From Rebecca billardiae RCC1528 (lineage: Eukaryota > Protista > Haptophyta): DNA of 64,000 nt. Positions 43,876 to 55,010 of this stretch are shown piece by piece (positions within the stretch are counted from its first letter, which is position 1; each line of letters starts with the position of its first letter). The translations under genes were made by a program, and so were the position numbers. The notes beneath the pieces were generated by a model that ran no database searches, was not told the DNA's origin, and saw nothing but the letters and a program-made list of their open reading frames with translations. The stretch lies in the NCBI GenBank assembly GCA_965240325.2, contig OZ251224.1, positions 1,426,001 to 1,490,000 of the forward strand. The letters are read 5' to 3'.

Positions 43876-46800
43876 TTACATGCCCAGGATCTGAGCACGA
43901 AGTTTGAGGAAGGCGGCCGGGCCGAGCGGCTTGGTCATGATGTCGGTCGGGTTCTCGGTGCCGGGGATCAAGAAGAGCTTGAAGGTGCCGGCGCGGGCGT
44001 GCTGACGGTTCCAGTGGTACTGGACGTCGATGTGCTTGGTGCGGTTGTGGTACTTCTCGTTGTCCGTGAGGTCCACCACCGCCTTGTTGTCCTCGAAGAG
44101 CTTGGTCGGCGCGAGCTGCGGGTAGCCGAGGTCGGTGAGCAGCTTGCGCATGAAGATGATCTCCTTGCCGGCGGAGGTGACGGCCATGTACTCAGCTTCG
44201 GTCGAGCTCAGAGCCGTCGTGCGCTGCTTCTCGCGGCGGCCGCTCACCGTCGAGCCGCAGAGGTGCATCACGTAGCCGGTGACAGACTTGCGCTCGTCGT
44301 GGAGGTCGTTGGCGTAGTCGGCGTCCACGTACGCGACGAGCATGACGTCCGAGCCCGAGCGGAAGAAGAGGCCGTGGTTCGGCGTGCCGGCGAGGTAGCG
44401 GATGACGCGCTTGGCAGCCTCGAGGTGCTTCTTGCCCGGCTTGGACATGAAGTGGGTGAGCGTGCCGACGGCGTAGGCGATGTCCGGGCGAAACTGCGTG
44501 ATGCGGATGAGCGAGCCGACCACGGAGCGGAAGAACGTCGTCGTCTCCGCGTCGAGCGCGTCTGACTCGGAGCACGGGCCGAGCTTGAGGCCCTCGGTCA
44601 TCGGCGTGTCGGACGTGTTGCAGTTCATGAAGCCCGTCTTCTCGAGGAGCTCGAGGATGTTCTTGGTGACGGTCACCATGATGCCGTCCTTGGAGCGCGT
44701 GAGCGTGGCCGACAGGTAGCCGTCGATGTCGGCCGTGATGGTCATCTTGTACGAGGATGTGATCTTCGAGATGAAGTGGTCGCAGGCGGTCGGGTCGTCG
44801 CTGTCGTCGAGGATGAGCATGTCGTCCACGTAGATGCACACGGCGATGATGCCCGACTGCGTGTTGAGGACATAGAGGCACGGGTCGGCCTGGCTCTGCG
44901 CGAACCCGTACTCCTTCATCCAGTCGTCGATCATGAGACGCCAGTTGCGGCCGGACTGCTTGAGACCGTAGAGGCTCTTGAGGAGGCGCAGCACGACGTC
45001 GCCCTTCGTCTTCGGCTTGTACCCGAGCGGCAGCTCGAGGTAGATCTCGTAGTCGATCGGCGCGTTGAGGTACGCCGTCGTGAAGTCGCCGTGGAAGAGG
45101 CGGCGCTGCTTGGCCGCGGCGATGGCGATGATCATCTTGAGGGTCTCGTAGCGGACGACCGAGGAGAAGGTCTCGTCGTAGTCGATGCCCTCGATCTGCG
45201 TGAAGCCCTTGCCCACGACGCGGGCCTTGAACCGCTTGATGTTGCCCTTCTTGTCGCGCTTGATGTTGAACACGGGCGCCGCCTTCAGCGTGCGCATCCC
45301 CGGCTTGCGCGGCACCTCCACCCACGTGTCGTTGGCCAGGATGGAGGCGTACTCGGCGTCGAGAGCGGCGGCGAACTGCGTCGCATGCGGGCCGTTGAGT
45401 GCTTGCACCGCCGTCGGCGTGTCCGAGAGTCCGATGGCGAGCAGGAGCGCGTAGATGCGCGGCAGCTTGGAGTAAGTCGGCGACGCGACCGAGTTGACGT
45501 GTGCGCGCGCGCGCGTGCGAGATGAGGGCGGGTCGTCGTCGTTGAGCGCGTTGTCGACATCGAGGGAGTCCTCGGCGCCGGCGGCGTCGTCGTCAGCGTC
45601 TCCGACGTAGGCGTGCGGTGCGTCCCCCACCCGCTCAGCGTGTCCGAATGCGCCAGCGCCATCGCGGCGCCGGACGGCGCCGTGGGAACTTCCCCCATTA
45701 CCCACATCGGCAGCATGGAGGTCGAGCGGCGGCGGCGACGTCGGCGGCAGCTGCGGCGCGGCGGCGAGCGGGTCGCGCGCGATGTGAGCGGCGTCGGGGT
45801 GGTCGACGTAGAGCGTGTCCTCGTCGAAGCGCACGTGGTGCGAGATGATGAACATGTCCGGGACGATCTGGCCGTCGCCGGGCACGCGTACGATGATCGC
45901 CTTCGTGTAGCGCGTGCGGTTCTTGGGCGGGACGTTCACCATGTGGCCGTCGTCGCCGTGGCCGACGTAGACGCCCATGACGGCGCGCGGGTCGAGCTTC
46001 TTGAAGTGCGTGTTCGGCGGCACGACGTAGGCGACGCAGCCGAAGACACGCAGCTGAGCGAGATCTGGCGGGAAGCCGCGCAGCAGCTCGAACGGCGTCT
46101 TGTCGAACGTCACCGGCGTGGCGATGCGGCGGATGATGTACGCGGCGTGGCGCAGCGCGTCCTTGGCGTAGGCGTCGATGCGCAGCTTGGAGTGGAACAG
46201 GATCGAGCGCGCCGCGTTGAAGAGCGTCTGGATGAAGCGCTCGGCGATCGGGTTGTGCTGCGGCGTGTCGGGCGGCGTGACCTGGTTGGGGGCGATGCCG
46301 TGCGCGCGGCAGATGCCCTCCCAGTCGGTCGAGTTGAGCTCGGGGGCGCCGTCGACGCGGAAGCGGCTGACGGTGTGGCCGTAGACCGACATGTCGTCGA
46401 TGAAGCGTCGCATCGCCTCCGGTGCGTCCGAGCGGCGGTCGAGGAAGTAGATGAAGCCGGCCCGGGTGTAGTCGTCGACAAACACGATCACGTAGAACTT
46501 GGCAAAATCGTCCGGGTTCACGATGAACTTGCCGTCGACGTAGCCGGCGACGTCGACATGGACGAGCACGAACGCCTTCTCCGAGCGGGGCGACGTGGAC
46601 GTGAACGAGTTGCGCTTCATCTTGGCGAGCGCGCACGAGCAGTCCGACTTGAGGTTGCGCGCGCCGAGGTGCTTGGATGCGGCGAGCGTGCGGTTGACGG
46701 CAGCTGCGTGAGCGTGGCCGAGCCGGAGGTGAGCGACGCGCGAGAGCTCGTCGGTGTCCTTGAACTCGACGCAGCACTCGTCGCAGAACGTGTCGTCGTC

Positions 46801-47217
46801 CGGCGCGAGGTCGGCGGTCTGCGAGGCCTGGTCCATGGTCACGATGACGAGAGCGCCGTCGGACGTGGGCGGCTGCGCCGGCGGCGGCGGCAGCGAGGAC
46901 TGGAGCGGGGCGGGCGGCACGTGGAGGCCGGACGCGGCGATGGTGGGCGACGGCGAGTCGTCGTCCGGGATGAAGACGGCGCATGCGAGATCGCGGCCGT
47001 GCAGAGGAACGAGCTTGTCGCCGTACAGCAGGTACCGGCCGCCCTGCGCGTGGATCGGGGTGGCGCCGGACATGAAGGTGGTCGGCGCCGCGAGCGAGAT
47101 GAACGAGATGCCGAGGCGGGTCAGCCAAGTGTCGCTCATGTAGAAGCCCGGGACGTCTGGAGAGAGTGGGACGTCCATGAGCGGCAGCGTGATGAGGTCG
47201 CCGTCGATCGAGCGCAT
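43876..47217 (-). CDS. Copia Pol polyprotein (protease, integrase, RT, RNase H); frame is open upstream to ~47385 and includes IDTGAD
   Basis: Integrase HLRLGH, VHVDVAG, VDDYT, RVDGAPEL, NPIAERFIQTL; RT KARVVGKGFTQIEGIDYDETFS and YVDDML; RNase H YVDADYA, SSTEAEY, RTKHIDV. Confidence 0.96.
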   Translation of the reverse strand: MRSIDGDLITLPLMDVPLSPDVPGFYMSDTWLTRLGISFISLAAPTTFMSGATPIHAQGGRYLLYGDKLVPLHGRDLACAVFIPDDDSPSPTIAASGLHVPPAPLQSSLPPPPAQPPTSDGALVIVTMDQASQTADLAPDDDTFCDECCVEFKDTDELSRVAHLRLGHAHAAAVNRTLAASKHLGARNLKSDCSCALAKMKRNSFTSTSPRSEKAFVLVHVDVAGYVDGKFIVNPDDFAKFYVIVFVDDYTRAGFIYFLDRRSDAPEAMRRFIDDMSVYGHTVSRFRVDGAPELNSTDWEGICRAHGIAPNQVTPPDTPQHNPIAERFIQTLFNAARSILFHSKLRIDAYAKDALRHAAYIIRRIATPVTFDKTPFELLRGFPPDLAQLRVFGCVAYVVPPNTHFKKLDPRAVMGVYVGHGDDGHMVNVPPKNRTRYTKAIIVRVPGDGQIVPDMFIISHHVRFDEDTLYVDHPDAAHIARDPLAAAPQLPPTSPPPLDLHAADVGNGGSSHGAVRRRDGAGAFGHAERVGDAPHAYVGDADDDAAGAEDSLDVDNALNDDDPPSSRTRARAHVNSVASPTYSKLPRIYALLLAIGLSDTPTAVQALNGPHATQFAAALDAEYASILANDTWVEVPRKPGMRTLKAAPVFNIKRDKKGNIKRFKARVVGKGFTQIEGIDYDETFSSVVRYETLKMIIAIAAAKQRRLFHGDFTTAYLNAPIDYEIYLELPLGYKPKTKGDVVLRLLKSLYGLKQSGRNWRLMIDDWMKEYGFAQSQADPCLYVLNTQSGIIAVCIYVDDMLILDDSDDPTACDHFISKITSSYKMTITADIDGYLSATLTRSKDGIMVTVTKNILELLEKTGFMNCNTSDTPMTEGLKLGPCSESDALDAETTTFFRSVVGSLIRITQFRPDIAYAVGTLTHFMSKPGKKHLEAAKRVIRYLAGTPNHGLFFRSGSDVMLVAYVDADYANDLHDERKSVTGYVMHLCGSTVSGRREKQRTTALSSTEAEYMAVTSAGKEIIFMRKLLTDLGYPQLAPTKLFEDNKAVVDLTDNEKYHNRTKHIDVQYHWNRQHARAGTFKLFLIPGTENPTDIMTKPLGPAAFLKLRAQILGM

Positions 47218-47359
47218 GCCGAGGGCGAACGAGGCCGAGGTGTTGATCTTGATCCGCGTGCCGTTCGCCGCGCGCGCCTCCGAGAACTGGCGGAAGGACT
47301 TGGCGGCAAACCGAGAGAACGCGGTCGAGGCGATGGTGGTGTCCGCGCCGGTGTCGATA

Positions 47360-47383
47360 GTTCGACACCCCGCGGCTCCACCA
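47360..47383 (-). promoter_or_regulatory. Primer-binding site complementary to a tRNA-Ala 3' end
   Basis: Plus strand GTTCGACACCCCGCGGCTCCACCA fits tRNA positions 53-76 with U70 and A73. Confidence 0.75.
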
Positions 47384-47708
47384 TGTCAAAGGGTGAAGAG
47401 AGCGACGGGGCCGTGAGGCCCGAGGCGTGACGCTGAGGCTCGTCGATGCGAAGGACGAGGAGCTAGGAGTTCGACTCGAGGTGCGGTGAAGCGACACGGA
47501 ACTGAACTGCCCTGGCGAGGAAGGAATCCCGAGCCGTCTAAGACTGTGCTGGAGGCACTGATAGCCATCAACGGGTAAGTCGGGAAAGTGGCCATGATGG
47601 GCGCGTGTATGATCCCGACTCGATAATGAATGTCGGTGTAGTGTGACGGTTGGTGATCCGGGTGTGTACGCACGGGAGAGCGAGTCCGGGTAACGTTGGA
47701 TCTTGACA
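47384..47708 (-). repeat. 5' LTR of the Copia element
   Basis: 325-bp direct repeat of 43285-43609, followed on the minus strand by the TGG-initiated PBS. Confidence 0.97.
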
Positions 47709-50413
47709 ACCAACATATTCGGAAAAGAAAATCGCCACCCGAAATTCCTGCGCCCAGTGGGTGGTCACGGCACCTGCCCTCGCCTCACGCGTGACGCGGC
47801 CGCACGGGCGTCTGTACAGTAGTGCGTCCGACCAGGGCGCCTCCAGCTAACGAGCCGCACGTTAAGGTGGCGCGCTCCTTCCGCTTCCCTGCCGTGACAC
47901 CTGGCATCAATGGTCCAGTGAGCTGCGGCTGCTGCAGCCGCAACGTGCTGGCACGGCGAGACAGTGGTGAGGGGACCAAGACCACTAAGCACCGTCGGGC
48001 TGGCAACTCGTGCCGCATCCGCAGCGCGCGCGCACAAAGAGTTCAGAGCGTAACGCAGGGCGACGCGCGCGCGCGCCGAGCGAGCCGGGCAACCACCGCC
48101 CGCCTGCACATGCAGCCCCCGCGCGCGCGGCGCGCACCATGACCATCCGCCCCAGTGCCAGTTGCGCGCAGCGCACGGCAGTGCGCGGTCGCACCTGGGA
48201 CTCGGGGTCGTTGGACGCATGCCGTGGCGCGGGCGCGGCGCGGCGATGCCGCGCTTGCTTCTCCCGGGGGCCCGAGGCCCCCACGCGCGGCGGACTTCGC
48301 GCGCGCCCCGCCTGATGTGCGCGCGGCGCGCGGCGCAGCGCAGCGCTGGCCATCGAGCCTCCATGCGGGGGGCTGTTGCGCGGTGGGGGCGTGGGGCGGC
48401 AGTGCTGGGTGCACACCTGCTGTGCGTATTCGGTCTCGTCAGATGCGTGCTCGGTCTCGTCAATCGTTACCCGCGTCGCTTGCGGCAGCCCCCCCCCCCC
48501 CTCTAGCGGTTCTCGAGGCCAACCATCGACGCTTGGACGCCTACGGCCGCGCGAAGCGACGGCGCCGAGCGGGCGCGCGCGCCTGGTACGAGAGGTAGAC
48601 TCCCACATCGTGCCTCCACACCCCGCCCGCGCCAGCGCACCCGCCCCTGGCGCTCTTCCCGCTCGTCGGCGGCGCTCGGCACCCGAGCCGAGCCGAACGC
48701 GTGCACGGTGCACGCCGCAGCGCGGCGCGACGGGCGCGGCGCGGCGCGCTCGGAATTTTCCTGAAGAGGGCTCCGAGCGTACGGGCCGACGCGCCCACTC
48801 GCGGCGCGCTCCGCGCGCGCCCCGCCAAATGCGAGGTGACGTTCGAGGCGCGTCGGTCGAGACGCTCGGGTGCTCGGCGCGGTCGTCAACAGGGCCCCCC
48901 CCCGCGAGTTGAGGAGCGTCCCCGGATTCCATTTTCCGGACTCTCCTTGCCGATGCTACGCAAAGCCGCGCGGGGGGGCGGCCGTCCCGTCGAAACGGAC
49001 GTGCCCCCCCCGCGGAAAAACGTCCTGTTCTATTATTGTATTCTGTCGAGGTCGCGGGCTTGCGCGCGGCTCCACTCCACTGGCGTCTGATGAGGTCGCA
49101 CCTGATCAACACCTCAGGCGCTCCGCCCGCGGCCGTCTGAGGTCTGATCTCCACATACGGGAAAGCGCGAGATAGTAGGCGCCGCGCGCGCCGAGGCGCC
49201 TCGCGCTTAGGCCTCGCACGTCGCACCGTAACGCGTGGCACGCGACTCGCGCGGCTGCGGCATCGGCGCTGAGGTATAAGGGTCTGGACATCCGCGCCGA
49301 TCACGCGCGTGCGCACGCCCTTCCTCGCCGCTACGGCGTGCGCACGCCGCTCGCGAGCCGCAAAGCGCACGCGCGCGGCGAGGCACGTTGAACGCCCGCC
49401 AGACGCAGCGATGTGGCGTATGGCGTAGCACATGTCACACACGTGCCCTCAGCTTCGCGTGGCGCCGCGCGTGTGCACGGTCTCGGCGGTGCACGTCGCG
49501 CGCGTTGCGCAGCTGCTAGCACACAGCCAGCTGACCCACGTGCGCCCGGCGTCGTCGAGTGGGCTGTGCACTGCGCGCACGAGGCGTAGCGCTGCGTGCG
49601 TGGCTCGTAGTTAGGATGATGACCGCGCTCTGCGCCCCGCCTGGCGCTTGGCCAGCGATGTGTACCTCCGCGGCCAAGCTGTTCCGCGGCGTGGCACACG
49701 GTGCGATCGCAGGGTGCGTCGGCGCGACCGGTTCCGGCTGCCGGCCCGCCGGCCGTGCGCACCGGGACATGAGGTGCCATGGCGGCCTCGCGAGCGTGCG
49801 CGGATATTCTTTGGAGGCGGCAGCGGGTGGTTAGACCGACCGGTTGTCACCTCACCGGTCGCCAGTACAAGTACTCCGGTTTACTTACTCCTCCTGACCG
49901 GTGACTGGTGAGAGACTACCGGTGAGTTGAGAGTATTGTGGGAATGTACGCGCCGCCGGCATCTATTAGCAATCACACACATACATATGATAATGGTGTG
50001 AATGGAGGTTCAAAAGTTGGAATGACCCAAACCCCCAAAAGCTCAATATTTTACTCACACCACCGAGATATATATGTGCTGGACTTTTCCAGTGTGCTCT
50101 CACTACTCCGTTTCGAAGGTAGCATGATAAGTGGTTCCGTAACCAGATATGGTTGAGGAAATTTTCCCGGGCTTCGATCCCTGTATCTGTAGCATCTGGG
50201 TTTTTTTCGCTATATCTTACTCGCGAGATTGCCACTCGTGGCTTCGAGAGTTACCCAATGTTCATTCACGACGTTTGGAGCCAATTGTGGTGAGCGGACA
50301 CTTGCAACTTGTTCCCTCCTCCAGATGCGTAGTTAGGAACCTCCTGCCCATCCCCACCCCCACCACCACAGCCTCCGCCGCTCTCACCCACCACCACAGC
50401 CTCCGCCACTCTC

Positions 50414-51520
50414 ATGGGCCCAGCTCCCCGCTCCGAACACGTGTCCGACACGGACGGACCCGAACGCCGCCGCAACCAGCGGCGCACATGGTCGACGGAT
50501 GAAGACGACCGCTTGCGGGCGCTCGTGGCGCGCCACGGCACGAACGCGTGGGCGGTCGTGTCCCGCCATCACGGCACGCGCTCGCACGCGCAGTGCCGCG
50601 AGCGATGGCAGACGTCGCTGAGCCCCGACCTCAACCGCGACCCGTGGTCGGACGACGAGGATGCCCTCATCCTGCACGGCGTCGCCACGATCGGCAAGCA
50701 CTGGTCGCGGCTGCAGCGGCTGCTTCCAGGTCGGTCCAGCCACGCGATCAAGAATCGCTTCCGCGCCATCCGCGCGACCAACCTCCGCGCAGTACCAGCG
50801 CTGGACGAGAGCGTGACGCAGCTCCGCGCAGAGCTCGCGCAGGGCGGTCTGTACGGTGGCGCGAGCAGCCAAGAGCCGCTCCCTCGGCTCGGCTCGATTC
50901 CGGCCATGGCACTTTCGGCACCACCCCCACCGTGGCAACAACAACCTGCGACCAGCAGCGCCGCCGCCGCCGCGGCGACTGAAGGGCTGTACCCCGGCAT
51001 GGCTGCATTCGCACAGCAGCCACCGGGCGCCGGTGACGATTCTTCCCTCGTCAACCAGCTGGTCGAGTGGATCCAGCTTGTCGATTCGGCATCCGTGGAC
51101 TCGTCGTGCCACGCGAGACTTGTCGAGCTCTGGCTCGGACAGCTGCGGACGTTCGCGCTCGATCCCTCGCGCGCAATGCACGCGCAGCGGCAGCGGCAGC
51201 CTGAGCCCCAGCTGCGCATGGGCGAGCCTCAATGGCGAGGCCCCGCCTTCAGCGCAAGGCTAGAGCCGACGCAGAGCGCGATGTACCTGCTCAACGGCCT
51301 GCCGACGCTGGACACGCCGGTCCCTGCCACGCTCTCCGCGCTCAACAACTGCCACAACACGGCGTACGAGCACGAGCTGTTCAGGATACGCTGCGACCAG
51401 TCCTTCATGGCGCCGGCGCTGCTCGACGCGTCTGGCATGTCCACTTTTGGCGGCATGTCAAGCAGCGATCTCGCCCGCCGCATCGCGCAGGGACCAACAT
51501 GCGCAGTCGTGCAGCCATGA
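50414..51520 (+). CDS. Two-repeat (R2R3-like) MYB transcription factor
   Basis: WSTDEDDRL...AWAVVS...RSHAQCRERW and PWSDDEDALI...HWSRLQRLLPGRSSHAIKNRF. Confidence 0.92.
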   Translation: MGPAPRSEHVSDTDGPERRRNQRRTWSTDEDDRLRALVARHGTNAWAVVSRHHGTRSHAQCRERWQTSLSPDLNRDPWSDDEDALILHGVATIGKHWSRLQRLLPGRSSHAIKNRFRAIRATNLRAVPALDESVTQLRAELAQGGLYGGASSQEPLPRLGSIPAMALSAPPPPWQQQPATSSAAAAAATEGLYPGMAAFAQQPPGAGDDSSLVNQLVEWIQLVDSASVDSSCHARLVELWLGQLRTFALDPSRAMHAQRQRQPEPQLRMGEPQWRGPAFSARLEPTQSAMYLLNGLPTLDTPVPATLSALNNCHNTAYEHELFRIRCDQSFMAPALLDASGMSTFGGMSSSDLARRIAQGPTCAVVQP

Positions 51521-51900
51521 TGTCAGCCACGCTTGCCGCGCGAACCGTCTCGGCTGTCGGCAGAGTGGCAGTCGACCGGCGGCCTGACGAGTTTGGTCTG
51601 ACAGTACAGTACTCATCTGATGTGTCTCAGACTGCACCTTACACTGGGCCGCTATCCGGTTGGCTGTGACGACACTAGTGTCCGATGCTAAGGCAGTGAT
51701 GCTCGGCCGTCAGACCGCCGCGGGCGGGTGCCGCCCGGGCGGCCCGCGCCCGCGAGTAAAAATGCGGCGCCGTCGCCGCCCCGGGCCCGGCCGCGGGCGC
51801 GGCGGCGGGCGCGGTCAGTGAGAGCGTCACTGATGCGGAGTGAGTCGTGATGATGACTGAATTTAAAACACGCAGTGATGGTATACGACTGCCGACTGCT

Positions 51901-52043
<143 letters not shown>

Positions 52044-52461
52044 CGCACTACGGCAACTTGATCATCCGGTGATGAATCATGATTGACGATGATGCGCCGC
52101 GGACTCGCAGAGTCACACGTACCGGTCGCTAGCTCAGGCCGATGTGAGTATAGCAGTCACTCAATCGTCACTAGTTACGCGCGACACCGTCTAGCAGCTT
52201 AGAGCTAGAGTGCAGGCTCGCACGGCAGCTGAAAGGACCTCGCCTTTTTTGACAACGTGAACGGTGACGCGAACGTGAACGGGCCACCCTGGGCGAGTCT
52301 CGGCCCGCGTGGGGGGCCGTAGTCTCGGCCCGCGTGGGGGGCAGTAAGCTAGCGGGGGCTAGCGCAGGTGATGCGGGCCGAGAAGGCACCAGCCGCGCCC
52401 CCTTGCGCTCCTGAGTCCTGGCGTTTCTTGACGACGTATGTAGATTTATACTACCGTCGTC

Positions 52462-52570
52462 ATTTACGATCGCGCTTCACTGAGTTCACTAGGGATGTTG
52501 CACGCAATTTGTGGTCGCGTCCAGCACCGCATGCGTCAAGTTGCAGCCCAAGCGGCAAGCTTGCTGCCCG
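52462..52570 (-). pseudogene. Degenerate copy of the 3' end of the gene at 55698-56924
   Basis: ATTTACGATCGC...AGGGATGTTGC...CAATTTGTGGTCGCGTCCAGCACCGC...GCTGCCCG matches 55731-55820 with several short indels. Confidence 0.8.
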
Positions 52571-53230
52571 GCGTTTTGTCGACCACTGACTAGAACGGCA
52601 ATATAATCAGGCATGACGCCAAGTAAGTCAGCACTGCCTCGAGGCCAGACGACGGGCGACGTCAGTCATCGTCGTAGCAGTCAGAATTACAACACGCCCG
52701 CGGTCCTAATGTACGACACTCCGACTCCGACGGCGGGCGGCAGCGCTGACAGGCGTGTCATTAGACGTGAAGTGGTGCCAGCACTGCTGGCGGTAGTCCG
52801 GTAGAGAATATTGGCGACCGCCAGCAGGTGGTCTATTCTTGAGTATTGCTGAGCTCGTAGCTATGGTCTTACTAGTGGCGGACGACTCGACTCCGGCGGA
52901 CGACCGCAGCAGCGGCGCGCGCCGGTCAGCTCGACTTCGTCGTTTATATAATTATAATTCTTTATTGACGGTGGAATAATGGAAACGGTCGTCGAGTCGC
53001 GGAAGATTATTATTATTGTTGTTATTATGATCGGCTACGCCGATCTTCGGGTAGTAAACAACGAAGTTGAGGGCGCACGGCCCTGGTACAGTTGTGAGTC
53101 TAGTAGTTGTCGCGTTCTTCACCGCCGAATCACGATGCGCGCGCCCCGGGCGCGTCGCCGTGCAGGAGGCGCGGGCGCAAGTAATCGACGCGATCGACGG
53201 CCTCGGGGGGCTGCGCCGTGTCGCGGCTCT

Positions 53231-54640
53231 TCATTCAGTCTTCACGCAGCCGGCGTGCCCCTCGAGCGCGCGCACGCACTCTGACTCGGCGGTGTCCCAC
53301 GCCCACAGCCGCACGACCGCGTCGCTGTCGTCGCCCGCGCTCGCCGCGACGCGCCCGTCGGCCGAGAGTGCGACCGCCTCCACCCAGCCGGCGTGCGCTA
53401 GCAGCACAGCCTCGCACGGCCCGCGCGCGGCGAGCAGGGGCGCTCGCGCGCAGTGCTCGCGCCCGCGCGCCCAGCTGGCGCGGGCGGCCGGGTGCGCGGC
53501 GCGCGGCGCGCGCCGCGCCCACGCGGACTCGTGCGGCGCCGAGCCAACCGGCTGCTCGAGGCACAGCGCGAGGCAGCGGCCCGGCGCCGTGGCGGCGGCG
53601 GAGGCGCTCAGCCGCGCAAGCTGCAGCCAGTCCGCGACGCGCGCGCGCAGCGCCGCAGCCTCCGCGCGCGCGGCCGCGCCCGGCTCGCCGCCGCCGCCGC
53701 CGCGCGCGTCGGCGTCGGCGAGCGCCGCGGCCGTGTCCGCGAGGTCGCGCACGTACTCGGTCTCGAGGCCGTGCCGCGCGCGCGCCTCCCACCCGTCCGC
53801 GCCCGCGTCGGTGAGCTCGCGCGCCGCGTCGGCCGCGCGCCCGGCCGCGAGCAGCGCTTGCACTAGCTCCTCGCACCGGCGCACATTGAGCACGGCGGCG
53901 TCGCGGCCGGCGAAGGCCGAGGCGCGCGGCAGAGAGGAGCAGGGGCTGCGGCGCGACGCGCCGCCGCCCGTCCTCGCCGCCGGTGGCCTTCGGGTGGCGC
54001 AGCGGTTTGGCGGCCTCGCCCGCCCACGTGCCAGCCCAGAAATCCGCGAGCGCGTGCGCGTCGGCCGCGCGGGCGTATCGTGCCGCCGCCGCCTCGGCCA
54101 CCTGATGACGGTGGTACCAGCGCAAAGGGCCGTCGCCGCCGGCGAGCAGCGAGCCGAGCGCGTCGCGCACGGCGAGCCACACGGGCAGCCGCACCACCGC
54201 CGGCACCCAGAACTCGAACACGGACGCCAGCACGTCCTCGTGCAGAGAGAGCGAGCCTCCTCCAGCTCGGCACTCGAGAGGCCGCGGCGCGACGCGCAGA
54301 TGGCGCCGCAAGCGCGCCGCACGAGCATCGCGCCGTGCAGCCGCTCGACGCGCTCGAAGGTGGCGGCGACGGCGGCGCGCGCGTCGGCGGGCAGGTGCGC
54401 GGGCGGCGGCTCGCCCGAGCGCCACTCCGCCGCCGCGTCGGCGAGCAGCACGGCGTGCAGCGCGCTCGGCGCCTCTCCGAGTGCCGAGCGCACCGCCTCG
54501 GCCTGCCGCGCGTCGAGCGTGCGCCCCGCCGCGCCGAGCCGGCCTCGCACCACCGCCTCCGCGTCCGCCGCCGAGAGCCCGCCGAGCTGCAGCGCGGGCA
54601 CGCCCAGCTGCGCGAGCCGCGTCGCGCACCCGTAACGGTA
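53231..54640 (-). pseudogene. Truncated, frameshifted NACHT-WD40 (NWD1/TEP1-like) gene fragment
   Basis: FERVERLHG...ICASRRGLSSAELEE shifts frame near 54255 into LSLHEDVLASVFEFWVPAVVRLP...LRWYHR...AAAARY and shifts back near 53935. One WD40 repeat (HAGWVEAVALSADGRVAASAGDD...VRLW) precedes the stop. Confidence 0.75.
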
Positions 54641-55010
54641 GCCGCCAGCGTCACCGCCAGTGTCACCGCCAGCGTCAGCTCCCGAGTCGATCTGCGCCAA
54701 AAAGGACAGAGTCAAGAAGCGTGTCGAGCGGCGCGGTGGAGACTCACCGTGGAGAGCAGCGCAGAGTAGCGCACGCGCTCGCCGCGCAAGCACCTGGGTA
54801 TTTTTCGACCACTTTTGTCCCTAAGTGCGGCAGCTCAAAAAATGGCGTTTCGCTTCAAAGAATAATCAAAGATCCCGCGCAATGACATCTCGCGTGTATG
54901 AATCAAGGGTAATCAAGGGGCTTAAACCCGCCACTGAGAAGCTGACGGTTCATGACTTCATATGCCGGCATAATACTTTAATTCAAGCGACATAAAAGCC
55001 GACCCAACTT

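Larger units (their letters stand above)
43285..47708 (-). mobile_element. Ty1/Copia LTR retrotransposon, 4424 bp, lacking gag; TSD ACCAA
   Basis: 325-bp LTRs (TGTCAA...TTGACA), identical by eye; ACCAA at 43280-43284 and 47709-47713; PBS at 47383-47360; G-rich PPT next to 43610; PR-IN-RT-RH order. Confidence 0.97.

Noticed and set aside
47360-47383. GTTCGA...CCA as a tRNA gene
   Set aside because: Only the 3' 24 nt are present and they abut the LTR, so this is the PBS.
49085-49170. CTGATGA...GAAA as a hammerhead ribozyme (also CTGATGA near 41766)
   Set aside because: I could not build stems I-III around the core; GAAA does not follow a closing stem II.
49837-49925. Cluster of ACCGGT/CCGGT motifs
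   Set aside because: Irregular spacing and no partner elsewhere; indistinguishable from the general micro-duplication background.
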